A stretch of DNA of 64,000 nt from Actinomycetes bacterium (GCA_030426515.1 JAUHYM010000001.1:73-64072); one strand, 5' to 3'. Positions 50,435 through 59,662 are shown, counted from the first letter of the stretch. The notes: a model not told the origin generated them from the sequence alone. Numbers and translations are program-made.

Positions 50435-53206
50435 TCACCACTGCTTCCAGTCCTCGGCCGGCTCGTCGCTCTTCGGCGACGAGCCAGGCGCCGTGGTCGA
50501 CGGGCCGTCGGCGACCGTGGTGGTGGTCGTCGTGTCCCATGACCAGGCGGCCGCGCCACCGTCCGCCGCCGCGAACGGATGGCCGACGGGCGCCTGCGTC
50601 GTGGCGGCGGCGAACGGATCCGTCCCCACGGGAGCCGCCGGGGCGGAACCCGCCGCCGTCTCCGCCGCGACGAGCGCCGTGAGGCGGCTCGGACCGCGAT
50701 CGGCGAGGGTCTGCAGCAGTCGTGACACGGTCGCCGTGTCGTTCCCCCCGAGCAACACGAGCAGACGCGCGCGGTCAGCCGGTGCACCCGGCGAGCGCAG
50801 CAGAACCCAGTTCCCGTGGATCGCCAGCGGTAGCACGGCGCGAACCCCGGACCGGTCGGTCGCGGGTGATGCGCTCGAAATCGACGAGACATCGTCTGCG
50901 TCGACGACCACGTGGCCGCGGCCGAAGGGCGAGGCCCCGGTGCGCACCCGCAGTTTCACCCCGTCGATAGTGAGGGAACGTGCGCGTGCGGGCACACGCA
51001 CGAGGCTCGCGGTGTCGGCGGGTCGAATCGTGAACGGTTGCCCGTCGCGCATCACCCCGGAGGAGTCCACGGTCACGTCGACGACGAAACCGTAGAGCAC
51101 CTTCGCCGGGATGGTCGAGACCACCCACTTCGCGAGGTAGAGGATGCCGAGCGGCAGCCCCGGACCGAGGAGGAGCGCCACGATGAGCACCACCCAGAAG
51201 TTCACCGGGTTGACCGGGCGGGCAAGGCTCGCCGTGAACGCGACGGTCGCCTCGATCGCCTCGCCCGACGCGTCGGGCTCGAGCAGGATGACGAAGCTGC
51301 CGTTGATCGAGCCGTTGCCCGGCGCGTCCGTCGTGAGGGTCAGTTCGAGCCCCTCGCCGGAAGGATCGATGCACCCGCCGTCGACCGAGGCGATCGACAC
51401 GGCGCCGACGCCGGCGGGGCTGGCGAGCACGGTGACGTCGTCGGGGATGCGGATGCAGCCCTCACCCGAGGCCGGCAGCACGGCGCTCATGCGCACCTCG
51501 TCGTCTTCGAGGTGCCCGAAGTCGACCGACGACCCCACCACGGGGTACTCGAGTGGTGCGAGCACGGTGACCGGCACGGTGACGGTCTCGGCTTCGAGCT
51601 GCGTTCCTGCGACACTCTCGCCTTCGAAGGTGGTCGGCGCGGTCGTGATGCGACTCTGCAGCGTGACCGATCCTGCGCCGATCGACGCACCGGAGAGGTC
51701 GAGCGTGAGCGCCGCGGCGAGGTCGGCGGGGTCGACGGTGCGCACGATCGTGATCGGTGTGCCGGTGCTGTCGCGGAACACCGCGGAGTACTCGAGCGCC
51801 CCCTCGACGATCGAGGCATCGGCGCTCTCGCCCGTGCGCGAGCGGAAGCCGAGTTCGACCCCCTCGATCACATCACCCGAGTGGAGGGCGACCGTGTCGG
51901 CGTTCAGCCAGTCCGGCAGAAGAAAGCCCTGCACACGGATGTGCGACTTCGACGTCTGGCCGGGGGAGGTTCCGGCCGGGTCGGTGAACGCGAGCTGCCA
52001 CAGCCCACGCCATTGCGTCGAGTCGGCCTTGTTGATGTCGAGCGACACCGAGCGGTCCGACTTCCACTCGTAGGCGATCGTCGCGCCCTCGAGCTGTGTC
52101 GTGCCCGCCCCGGCGGGGATCTCGACGATCGCGCCCGACGGGGACTGCACCGACACGATCGCTCCCGGCAGGTCAGACGTCGCGAGGATCTTCACCTGCG
52201 GCGTCGACCCGTCGAGCACGACGCGGTGCCCTTCGCTCGTGCACACCGTCACCTGGCAGATGCCGCGCTCCTGGCTGATCGGCGGCTGGCCGGGGGCGGC
52301 GAGCTGGTCGAAGGCGAACAGCAGGCTGTCGATGTCGCTGGCGACGAAGAAGGCACCGGGAACCGGCTCGACGATGGATCCGCAGGTGGTGGAGCCCGAA
52401 GCGGTCGCTCCGGAGACGATCGCCTCCATCAGGTCGAACCCGCCAGCCGGCACCCCAGGGCCGTCGAGGCCGATGCCGAAGGTGGTGATGTTCGACGAGC
52501 GCAGCTGGTCGGCCAGGCCGCCGTCGCGACACAAGTCCTGGCGCGCGAGCTGCCAGGCCTCGTCGGCGTCGCCCTGCCCGCGGATCGCGAGATCGGGAGC
52601 GAACCCCTTGGGGCTGCTATCCCGGGGGGAGGGGTTGAACCAGAGCTCGCCATCGGAGAGCCACACGATGGCCTGGCATGACGTCGCCTCGCGACCGGCC
52701 GCCGCGTCGGCCAGCTCCACGCGCGCGCCGTTGAGGGCGGTCCAGTAGTCGGTCTCCCAGCCGTCGTCGCGCTCGGCCACGGAGTCGACAGCCGATTGGA
52801 TGCCGCCGATGCCGGCTTCATCGAGCGCCAGCCACCCGGTGACCGGCGTGTAGTTCTCCGCGAACGTCGCCACCTGCACGTTGACGGCGGCGTCGTTGTC
52901 GATGGCGTAGGCGCCGAGCTGGTTGACGAAGTAGTTCGCCGAGGTCGCGCGGGCGTCGGTCGGATCGGTCTTTTGCACGCTCTCCGACTCGTCGACGAGC
53001 AGCACGACGTCGCCGACGCCGCCGCCGGCGAGGCATCCACCCAGCCGTTCGATGGGGAGAGCTGCGGCATCGTCTTCGGCGGCGGTCGCCGCGCTCGCAA
53101 CGGGCGCAGCGGTGAGGATTCCCCCGGCGAAGACGGCGACGACGCTGGCGGCAAGTGCCCAGCGAGCGCGGCGTCGCGCGCCGGTGCGAGAAGTGGTCGA
53201 CGCCAT
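50435..53206 (-). CDS. Membrane-anchored vWA-domain protein
   Basis: Signal peptide, VLLVDESESV (MIDAS), ETDYWTAL, WLSDG, TFGIGL, TM WVVLIVALLLG, cytoplasmic tail ending W.QW. Confidence 0.85.
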   Translation of the reverse strand: MASTTSRTGARRRARWALAASVVAVFAGGILTAAPVASAATAAEDDAAALPIERLGGCLAGGGVGDVVLLVDESESVQKTDPTDARATSANYFVNQLGAYAIDNDAAVNVQVATFAENYTPVTGWLALDEAGIGGIQSAVDSVAERDDGWETDYWTALNGARVELADAAAGREATSCQAIVWLSDGELWFNPSPRDSSPKGFAPDLAIRGQGDADEAWQLARQDLCRDGGLADQLRSSNITTFGIGLDGPGVPAGGFDLMEAIVSGATASGSTTCGSIVEPVPGAFFVASDIDSLLFAFDQLAAPGQPPISQERGICQVTVCTSEGHRVVLDGSTPQVKILATSDLPGAIVSVQSPSGAIVEIPAGAGTTQLEGATIAYEWKSDRSVSLDINKADSTQWRGLWQLAFTDPAGTSPGQTSKSHIRVQGFLLPDWLNADTVALHSGDVIEGVELGFRSRTGESADASIVEGALEYSAVFRDSTGTPITIVRTVDPADLAAALTLDLSGASIGAGSVTLQSRITTAPTTFEGESVAGTQLEAETVTVPVTVLAPLEYPVVGSSVDFGHLEDDEVRMSAVLPASGEGCIRIPDDVTVLASPAGVGAVSIASVDGGCIDPSGEGLELTLTTDAPGNGSINGSFVILLEPDASGEAIEATVAFTASLARPVNPVNFWVVLIVALLLGPGLPLGILYLAKWVVSTIPAKVLYGFVVDVTVDSSGVMRDGQPFTIRPADTASLVRVPARARSLTIDGVKLRVRTGASPFGRGHVVVDADDVSSISSASPATDRSGVRAVLPLAIHGNWVLLRSPGAPADRARLLVLLGGNDTATVSRLLQTLADRGPSRLTALVAAETAAGSAPAAPVGTDPFAAATTQAPVGHPFAAADGGAAAWSWDTTTTTTVADGPSTTAPGSSPKSDEPAEDWKQW

Positions 53207-53655
53207 CAGAAGTTCCGTCCCGCCCACAGCGCGAGTATCACGGCGGCGACCGCGACCGCGGCGAACCCCACCGTGAGCGCCGCGATGTACAGCGAGGTCA
53301 CGATCGCCTTGCGGCCGGTCGAGTAGCCGAGCTGCGTGCGGCGAGAGGTGTCGACGCTCTGGAAGACCGCGGTCAGCGCGAACGCGACGGGACCGCCGAG
53401 CACCCACCCCGCGAACACGACGGGGATCACGTCCCGCAGCGCGATCACGAGCGCGAGTGCCACGGCCCCCGCGCCGAGTGCGGCGTACAGCCATGCAAGT
53501 GGTGGATGCACGACCGTGAAGGCGGGCGGAGATGAGGGCGGATCGTCGAACCCTCCGCTCGGGCTTCCCGACGAAGGCGAAGAGGTCGCTCCGAACCCCG
53601 TCGGCCCGCCACCCCACTGCTGGCCGAACAGGTCGTCAGCACCGGTAGAGCTCAT
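53206..53655 (-). CDS. Small 3-TM membrane protein, first gene of the operon
   Basis: GSP-rich N-terminus, three hydrophobic helices, stop overlaps the vWA ATG. Confidence 0.75.
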   Translation of the reverse strand: MSSTGADDLFGQQWGGGPTGFGATSSPSSGSPSGGFDDPPSSPPAFTVVHPPLAWLYAALGAGAVALALVIALRDVIPVVFAGWVLGGPVAFALTAVFQSVDTSRRTQLGYSTGRKAIVTSLYIAALTVGFAAVAVAAVILALWAGRNF

Positions 53656-53843
53656 CCCCACAACCCCTTTTTTGCGGTCAGATCCCGCCAAATCCCGGAG
53701 ATGATGCACGGCCGTGATGAGAAGGAAACGACTTCAGAGCGCACGAGAGACACTTCTCGCTTATGTCAAGCAGAGTCCCCCAGTCACGTGAACCCAGCGA
53801 TTCCCGCCACCGAAACTATGACTACCACGACGGCGCCCGTGTG

Positions 53844-53875
53844 CACAAAACCGATTCAACACAAAACCGATTCAA
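53844..53875. repeat. Perfect 16-bp tandem repeat CACAAAACCGATTCAA x2 in the divergent promoter region
   Basis: 53844-53859 and 53860-53875, AT-rich in a ~70% GC background. Confidence 0.9.
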
Positions 53876-53977
53876 AGCGGGCAGTGACGTCTCCGTCACG
53901 GTGGTGCAGGGCAGGTCGGAGCATCCGATAGGCTCTGCTCGATCTTCGACCCTTGGCACCCGCAGGCGGGAGTACAC

Positions 53978-55582
53978 GTGACCGATCTCGACCCTTCCGA
54001 CGAAGTGGAGGCCCGCGAGACGTCGGCCGCGCGCTTGGCGGAGCTCACGGCGGATCATCCCGACTTGCACGCGCGCATCGCGCGGCACCCGGTGGCCTAC
54101 CCGGAGCTCCTGCAGTGGATCGCGGGGAACGGCGATGCCGAGGCCCGCGCGGTCGCGGGTCGCCTGCTGATCGAGTCGCCGCCGCCGCCGCCTGCTCCCG
54201 GCAGTCCGCGCGTCGCCGACGGGCCTGTGCCTGCGCCTCCCGCCGTCAGCCCGGCTGACGGCGGTCGTGCACCGCGGCGCCGCCGTCGTCGAGCGCTGGG
54301 CGTCGGTGTCGCAGTCCTCGCGGTGGTCGCCGTCGCCGCCGCCGCGGTGCTCGTCGTTCCCAACCTGCTCGCGGACGAGAGCATCACCGTCGCGGAACTC
54401 ACGTCTGCACCCGAGGCCAGCGCGTGGAGTATCGATGGCCCCTCCGGTGCGGGCGCCGAAGCTTCATCCGTTGTTCGCAAGGGGTCCACCGTCGGGCAAG
54501 ATGAGGCGCTCATCTCGTGGGACGTCACGCAGACCGACGGAACGACCGCACCGTGGATCGCGCTCGTCGACACGGTCGACGGCGAGGAGCGCTGGAGCGT
54601 GCCGCTCGACCCCACCATGACCGGCCTCGCCCCGGCGGCGGAGGGACAGCGAGCCGGTTGGTGGGTCATGCGCCCGGCGATGGCCGACGGGTCCGCCGCC
54701 CTGGTGCTGCTCGATCCCGCCTCAGGTGAGACGCTAACCATGGCGGGCTTCGAACTCGTCGGGGCGCCTTCGACGATCGACGGCGACCTGGTCGTGCGTG
54801 AGGTCGCGACGAACACCATTCAGCGGTGGGACATCGAATCTATGTCCGCAGAGTGGACTGTGCCTGTCGAGGGCGAGACCGCTCCGCTCGTCGCCGGTGC
54901 GACGCTGTTGTTCGGCACCCGTGCCATTTCGCTGGATGACGGCTCCGACGGCGGCTGGGCGCCAGCGTCGTCGACCAGCTATTCGGTCGTCGACGATCGC
55001 CTGCTGGGAGTGCGCCAAGGCGGCGAGGGCGTGATCTTCGGCGTTATTGACGATGAGAGCGGGGCGTTCCGCTGGTCGATCGAGGCTCCCTCCGATACCC
55101 GCCTCCTCCCGATTCCCACCACAGGTCTGGTCGCCGCGTCGAGCGCGACCGCCGACGCGGCGGAAGTCATTGATCTCGACGACGGTGCCACACGGCTCAT
55201 CGCGGGTGTGATCGCGTCCGAGTTGCGCGGACTGTTCGGCTCGGAGTCGGCGGGTGTCGTCGCAGTTCCGTTCGGCGACGGCACGTCGGTCACGGTCTTC
55301 GACCTCGATGACGGTGCCGCCCAGTTCGACCTCGCGCTGCAGGTGGACGGCGCGTGGCGATCGATCATCGGCGCGACGCCGAACCTGCTCTACGTCGCAG
55401 GCGGCCCGACTCCCGGTCTGCAGGCGATCACCGCTGACAGCGGTGAGGAGCAGTGGACTCTCGAAAACCCGTCGGCAACCTCCTATGCGTTCGCCGTCTG
55501 GGGTGGAAACGTCGTCGCCACTCGCTCGACGCCGCTGGCGGCCGAGAGCGAGCCGCTCGCCCCGCTGCTCGGCGTGCAGTAG
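53978..55582 (+). CDS. Variant leucine-rich-repeat-like N-terminus + TM + PQQ-type beta-propeller
   Basis: ARIARHPVAYPELLQWI; TM; repeated D..xG..xW blade motifs (DTVDGEERW, DDESGAFRW, ADSGEEQW). Confidence 0.8.
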   Translation: MTDLDPSDEVEARETSAARLAELTADHPDLHARIARHPVAYPELLQWIAGNGDAEARAVAGRLLIESPPPPPAPGSPRVADGPVPAPPAVSPADGGRAPRRRRRRALGVGVAVLAVVAVAAAAVLVVPNLLADESITVAELTSAPEASAWSIDGPSGAGAEASSVVRKGSTVGQDEALISWDVTQTDGTTAPWIALVDTVDGEERWSVPLDPTMTGLAPAAEGQRAGWWVMRPAMADGSAALVLLDPASGETLTMAGFELVGAPSTIDGDLVVREVATNTIQRWDIESMSAEWTVPVEGETAPLVAGATLLFGTRAISLDDGSDGGWAPASSTSYSVVDDRLLGVRQGGEGVIFGVIDDESGAFRWSIEAPSDTRLLPIPTTGLVAASSATADAAEVIDLDDGATRLIAGVIASELRGLFGSESAGVVAVPFGDGTSVTVFDLDDGAAQFDLALQVDGAWRSIIGATPNLLYVAGGPTPGLQAITADSGEEQWTLENPSATSYAFAVWGGNVVATRSTPLAAESEPLAPLLGVQ

Positions 55583-55610
55583 CGGTATCGCCCCGTTACC
55601 TCGTGCGAAT

Positions 55611-55862
55611 ACGGACTGGCGCCAGCGCCTCGGCGGAGGGATCCAAGCCGACCCGAACATAGACCGCATCGTCCACGACACCCGCTGGATCGAGACCGGC
55701 GACGTCAAGATGCGCGTACAGGACCGCCGCCGCATCGGCCGGATGAACCCGTGAGCGTCGCGCCCGCGGGGTGGCGCTCACCGGAGTACCGACGGCTTCG
55801 ACCGTGAATATCGACTGGCGCCCAACCGCAATTCTCAGTGGCGCCCACGGCTCCAGGTACTT
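55611..55862 (+). mobile_element. IS21-family remnant: istB 3' end plus right end
   Basis: TDWRQRLGGGIQADPNIDRIVHDTRWIETGDVKMR matches the IstB C-terminus as recalled (DWHQRLG.GVHADAIMDRIVHNT.W); followed by TGGCGC-core repeats at 55771, 55815 and 55838. Confidence 0.7.
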
Positions 55863-56078
55863 GCGTAGGGCCCACGCGGTGCCGCATGGGGCGTCGGTCG
55901 AGCCGTCGGGGGTGACGATCGTGCCGGCATCCTCGAAGGAGATACAGGTGCTCGCGGCGAGCACCTCGTCGTAGGGTTTTCAGAACTCGCCGCCGGTGAA
56001 GCTGCGCATCGCCTGCGGGTCGCGCGCGGCATCTACGCCCACGACCATCTCGGCGACCTTCGACGCCCAGGCTGTGAG
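55863..56078 (-). pseudogene. Fragment paralogous to the 28929-29831 gene, with an internal TGA
   Basis: AEMVVGVDAARDPQAMRSFTGGEF*KPYDEVLAASTCISFEDAGTIVTPDGSTDAPCGTAWALR aligns without gaps to AEMVAGMGEGCEAQALRTFTGGDFWESYPDVLAGSTYVDFGDPSRVVTPDGAIDAPCAEAWGLR. Confidence 0.85.
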
Positions 56079-56171
56079 GTCGCGGGGGAGCGGGCGCCGT
56101 GCGCTTATGTGTGCAGCGGTGTGCGGGCGCGGGGCGTCGAGGATGACGCGTCGCCACCCTAGGCTGGCGAC

Positions 56172-57638
56172 GTGGACGAGAAAGACGTGCGCCGCCGCTT
56201 CGACGCGCTCATCGCCGGCAGTGAGATGACCGACCTCCGCACGATCGCCGACGCCATGTCGGTCCTCGGCGCCGACGTCGACGCGCCACGGCCCGTGCTG
56301 CGCCGGCCGCCGCTCGACGGCATCCGGGTGTTTCGCATCTGGGTCGAACTCGACGGCGCGGAGCCGGCGATCTGGCGCCGCCTCGACGTCCGCAGCGATG
56401 CGACGCTCGCCGATCTGCACGAGGTGCTGCAGGCCGCCTACGGATGGGCCGACGCGCACCTGCACCGCTTCGCGCTCGGCGGGGGCCCGTGGGATGCCAC
56501 GAGCGAGCTGTTCCTGTGCCCCTTCGACATCGACGAGGGCGAAGACGACGGGACGGCGGCATCCGATGTGCGGCTCGACGAGACCCTGCAGCAGCCCGGC
56601 GACGTGCTGCGCTACGCGTACGACTACGGAGACGGCTGGGAGCTGATCCTGCGCCTCGAGGACGTCGCGTCGGCGGGGCCCGGTGCCCCGCTCGCGCTGT
56701 GCGTCGACGGGGGCCGCGCGGCTCCGCCCGAAGACAGTCGCGGGCTCGACGAGGACGAGCTGTTCGCGCTGCGCGGCGACCCCGACGCGTTCGACGTCGA
56801 CGAGGTCAACGCGGCGCTGCGCTCGCCGCTGCTCGCCCTGCGCGACGCGGGGGTCAGCGAGCGGCTCATCGACCTCGTCTCCCGCGCACGCGGCACGGTC
56901 ATCGAAGACGACCTCGCGGCGCATGCGCTGGGGGCGGTCGGCGCCGTGTCGCTCGGAGACGCCGAGCGCGATGCCGGGCTCGCCGCGATCCGGTGGTTCC
57001 TCGATCGCGCCTCGGGCGACGGCATCCGGCTCACGCAGGCGGGGTATCTTCCGCCCGCCGATGTCGCCGAGGCGGCCGTCGCGGTGCCGGCGATGAACGA
57101 GTGGTTCGGCGGGCAACGGCGCGAGGCGGATGCTGCGCCGCTGCGCGAGTTCCGCAAGATGCTGCGGACGGTCGGCCTGCTGCGCGTCTACCGGGGCCGG
57201 GTGCTGCTCACGCGCACCGGCGCGGCCGCGCAGCGGTCGAACGACGCGCTGTGGGAATCGCTGGCGCGCCGTGTGCGCGGGGTGATCGACGGGGAGTTCG
57301 TGGCGTTCGAGGGACGCGAGGGCGAGATCCAGGCCGACTTCTCGCGCGACGCCACCACGCTGCTGCTGCTCGCCGCCGCCGAGGTCGGCGAGAGCGGGCG
57401 GATGCCGTTCGACCGCGTCGCCCGCTGGCTCTCGGCGCTGGGCTGGAGCACGGGCGAGGGGCGCCCGATCGTCGGCTGGCAGCTGTACGGCGAGCCGATC
57501 GTCACCCTGCTCGAGAACATGGTCGACCCCGCCGGCGACGTCGGCGGGCTGCACCGCATCGGACCCGTCGGGCAGGCGTTCGCGCGGGCGGTTCTGGGGG
57601 CGGACGCGGGGTTCGTCGGGGGTGCGGGAGTAACCTGA
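56172..57638 (+). CDS. pRiA4b ORF-3 family protein
   Basis: PAIWRRLDV, LHEVLQAAYGWADAHLHRF, YAYDYGDGW, GGRAAPPED; TAGGCT -10 at 56160-56165. Confidence 0.88.
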   Translation: MDEKDVRRRFDALIAGSEMTDLRTIADAMSVLGADVDAPRPVLRRPPLDGIRVFRIWVELDGAEPAIWRRLDVRSDATLADLHEVLQAAYGWADAHLHRFALGGGPWDATSELFLCPFDIDEGEDDGTAASDVRLDETLQQPGDVLRYAYDYGDGWELILRLEDVASAGPGAPLALCVDGGRAAPPEDSRGLDEDELFALRGDPDAFDVDEVNAALRSPLLALRDAGVSERLIDLVSRARGTVIEDDLAAHALGAVGAVSLGDAERDAGLAAIRWFLDRASGDGIRLTQAGYLPPADVAEAAVAVPAMNEWFGGQRREADAAPLREFRKMLRTVGLLRVYRGRVLLTRTGAAAQRSNDALWESLARRVRGVIDGEFVAFEGREGEIQADFSRDATTLLLLAAAEVGESGRMPFDRVARWLSALGWSTGEGRPIVGWQLYGEPIVTLLENMVDPAGDVGGLHRIGPVGQAFARAVLGADAGFVGGAGVT

Positions 57639-57642
57639 CGGC

Positions 57643-57945
57643 GTGAGCGAACTCGACGACATGGCCCACCTGCTCGAGAAGATCACGCGCGACCCTCTGG
57701 CCGACGCGGTTCCCGGGCGGGTCACGGTGCTGCAGGCATCCGAGCCGACCGGACGAGCGCGCTACCAGGAGTGCGCGCTCGAACTCGAGGTCGAGGCGCC
57801 CGGCGTCTCGGGAGTCATCGCGCACACCGCCGTCGTCACCACCCGGGCGCACTGGCCGCGCGTCGGTCAGATTCTGCCGGCGCGGGTGTCGCCCACGCGG
57901 CCCGACGTTCCCGAGGTCGACTGGGACGCGCTCGCGACGCGGTAG
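57643..57945 (+). CDS. Small hypothetical protein
   Basis: High GC3; WPRVGQILPARVSP..VEVDW-type pattern; TAACCT -10 6 nt before GTG. Confidence 0.7.
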   Translation: MSELDDMAHLLEKITRDPLADAVPGRVTVLQASEPTGRARYQECALELEVEAPGVSGVIAHTAVVTTRAHWPRVGQILPARVSPTRPDVPEVDWDALATR

Positions 57946-58024
57946 GCGGTTTTCGGGGCGTCGACTCCTCCACAGGCTTCTCGACCGGTGACCTTTCCAC
58001 AGATTCATCGAAACTCTGTGCTAA

Positions 58025-58046
58025 TGTCTGAGGTCGTCGATAGCAT
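58025..58046 (+). promoter_or_regulatory. PafBC / RecA-NDp-type DNA-damage promoter
   Basis: TGTCTG-N10-TAGCAT versus consensus TGTCGG-N10-TANNNT, 5 nt before ATG 58052. Confidence 0.6.
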
Positions 58047-58051
58047 GAAGC

Positions 58052-59599
58052 ATGCTCATTTTCACCGATATCGAGGCGGCCGTCGACCGGCTGCATTCGC
58101 TGATCGGTGACGACGTTCCGGCTTCCGAGATGCCGGGCGTGCTCGTCGAGGCGGGGCCCGACGCGGCGGTGCGCGTGCTTGAAGAGGCGACGTGCGCGAT
58201 CCGCCTGCTCGAATCGGTGCGGACGGCCGCAACCGGTGTCGTCGCGTCGGCGTCGACCCGCGAGCACGGGCACTCCGGCGCCGCGCAGAAGAGAGGGCAC
58301 CGCAACCCGGTATCGCTGATCCAGGACATCACGGGCGCGTCGCGTGGCGAGGCCTCCAAGGCGGTGCGGGTCGGCGAGTCGCTCGTCTCCTCTGTGCCGG
58401 CAGGGGGCGCGTCGGGTGCAGACCGTCCCGATGACGCCGCGGATGCGGGGAAGCCGGTGTCGCCCGTGAGGCCGTGGCACGCGATCGCGGACGACGCACT
58501 GCTCGACGGCGGGATCACGACGGCGCAGCATGACGCCATCGTGCGGGGCCTGGGTGTCCCGACGGCGGGAGCGGTACCGGTCGATGATGAGACCGATGAG
58601 GCGGATGCTGTGCGCGAAGCGTGGGCCGCGGCGTGTACGCGCCTCGTCGGCGAGGCGCCGCTGCGCACCGTCGAAGAGATCGCGCGCTCGGCGCGGGCGA
58701 TCCGCGACGTGCTCGACCCGGAGGGTGCGGCCCAGCGCTACCAGGAGCGGTTCGAGGGGCGGTCGCTCCGCATGTACACCGACCGCGACGGAGTGCGCCG
58801 CGGCAGCTTCGCGTGCGACGACGACGGTGCCGCGATGTTCGATGCCGTGCTGAACGCGGCGCTGCGTCCGCGCCGCGGCGGGCCGCGGTTCGTCGACCCC
58901 GACGAGAAGAAGGCCGCCGACGACCTCGCGGCCGACACGCGCACCAACGAGCAGTTGGCCTACGACCTGTTCGTCGACGTGTTCACCGCGGGAGCGATGG
59001 CCGATGCCGCCCAGGTCTTCGGCACCCGGCAGGCGGGAGTGCGCCTGGTCATCAGCGACACTGCGCTCGCCGACCACCGCGGCGGCTCCGCCGAGGTCGG
59101 GATGCGCGAAGACGACGGCTCGGCGGTGCCCGCGTGGCGCATCGACCAGCACACGTGCGCAACCGGGGTGACGCGCTGCACGGTCGACCACACGGGCAAC
59201 CCGCTGGACGTCGGCCGCGAGCAGCGGCTGTACACGGCGAAGCAGCGCATCGCGCTGGCGCTGCGCGACGGCGGATGCCGGTGGAAGAACTGCGACCGCC
59301 CCGCCAGCTACGGCGAGGCCCACCACATCGACGAATGGGCGGCCGACAAGGGCGAGACCAACATCGATCGCGGCATCCTGCTGTGCCGCTACCACCACAT
59401 GGCGCTGCACAACGGCGGGTGGAAGATCACCCGCCGGGGCACGGACGACTTCATGCTGCATCCACCCGGCTCAGGTGACGATCCGATCCCGCTGCCACGT
59501 CGCACCAACCTGCGGTACCTGTGGGGTGACCTGGCTCTGCCACCACGGCGATTCCGGCCAGGGGAGAGCTCTGCCCGCACCGCCGAACCCGCGGCCTGA
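58052..59599 (+). CDS. DUF222 + HNH endonuclease (13E12-repeat-like) protein
   Basis: DTRTNEQLAYD, LDVGREQRLYT..QRIALALRDGGC...C, EAHHIDEW, GILLCRYHH..LH. Confidence 0.92.
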   Translation: MLIFTDIEAAVDRLHSLIGDDVPASEMPGVLVEAGPDAAVRVLEEATCAIRLLESVRTAATGVVASASTREHGHSGAAQKRGHRNPVSLIQDITGASRGEASKAVRVGESLVSSVPAGGASGADRPDDAADAGKPVSPVRPWHAIADDALLDGGITTAQHDAIVRGLGVPTAGAVPVDDETDEADAVREAWAAACTRLVGEAPLRTVEEIARSARAIRDVLDPEGAAQRYQERFEGRSLRMYTDRDGVRRGSFACDDDGAAMFDAVLNAALRPRRGGPRFVDPDEKKAADDLAADTRTNEQLAYDLFVDVFTAGAMADAAQVFGTRQAGVRLVISDTALADHRGGSAEVGMREDDGSAVPAWRIDQHTCATGVTRCTVDHTGNPLDVGREQRLYTAKQRIALALRDGGCRWKNCDRPASYGEAHHIDEWAADKGETNIDRGILLCRYHHMALHNGGWKITRRGTDDFMLHPPGSGDDPIPLPRRTNLRYLWGDLALPPRRFRPGESSARTAEPAA

Positions 59600-59662
59600 G
59601 ACCGGCTCCGGCGCGGCCGCATGGGGCTACCCTGCGTGGTCGCTTCAGGCCACCCTGAGCCC

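Noticed and set aside
55596-55964. 122-aa minus-strand ORF as a real gene
   Set aside because: Chimera of the pseudogene tail read into the antisense of the IS21 remnant
56172-57638. Evidence of an integrated plasmid
   Set aside because: pRiA4b ORF-3 family genes are widespread on chromosomes; no rep, par or tra genes
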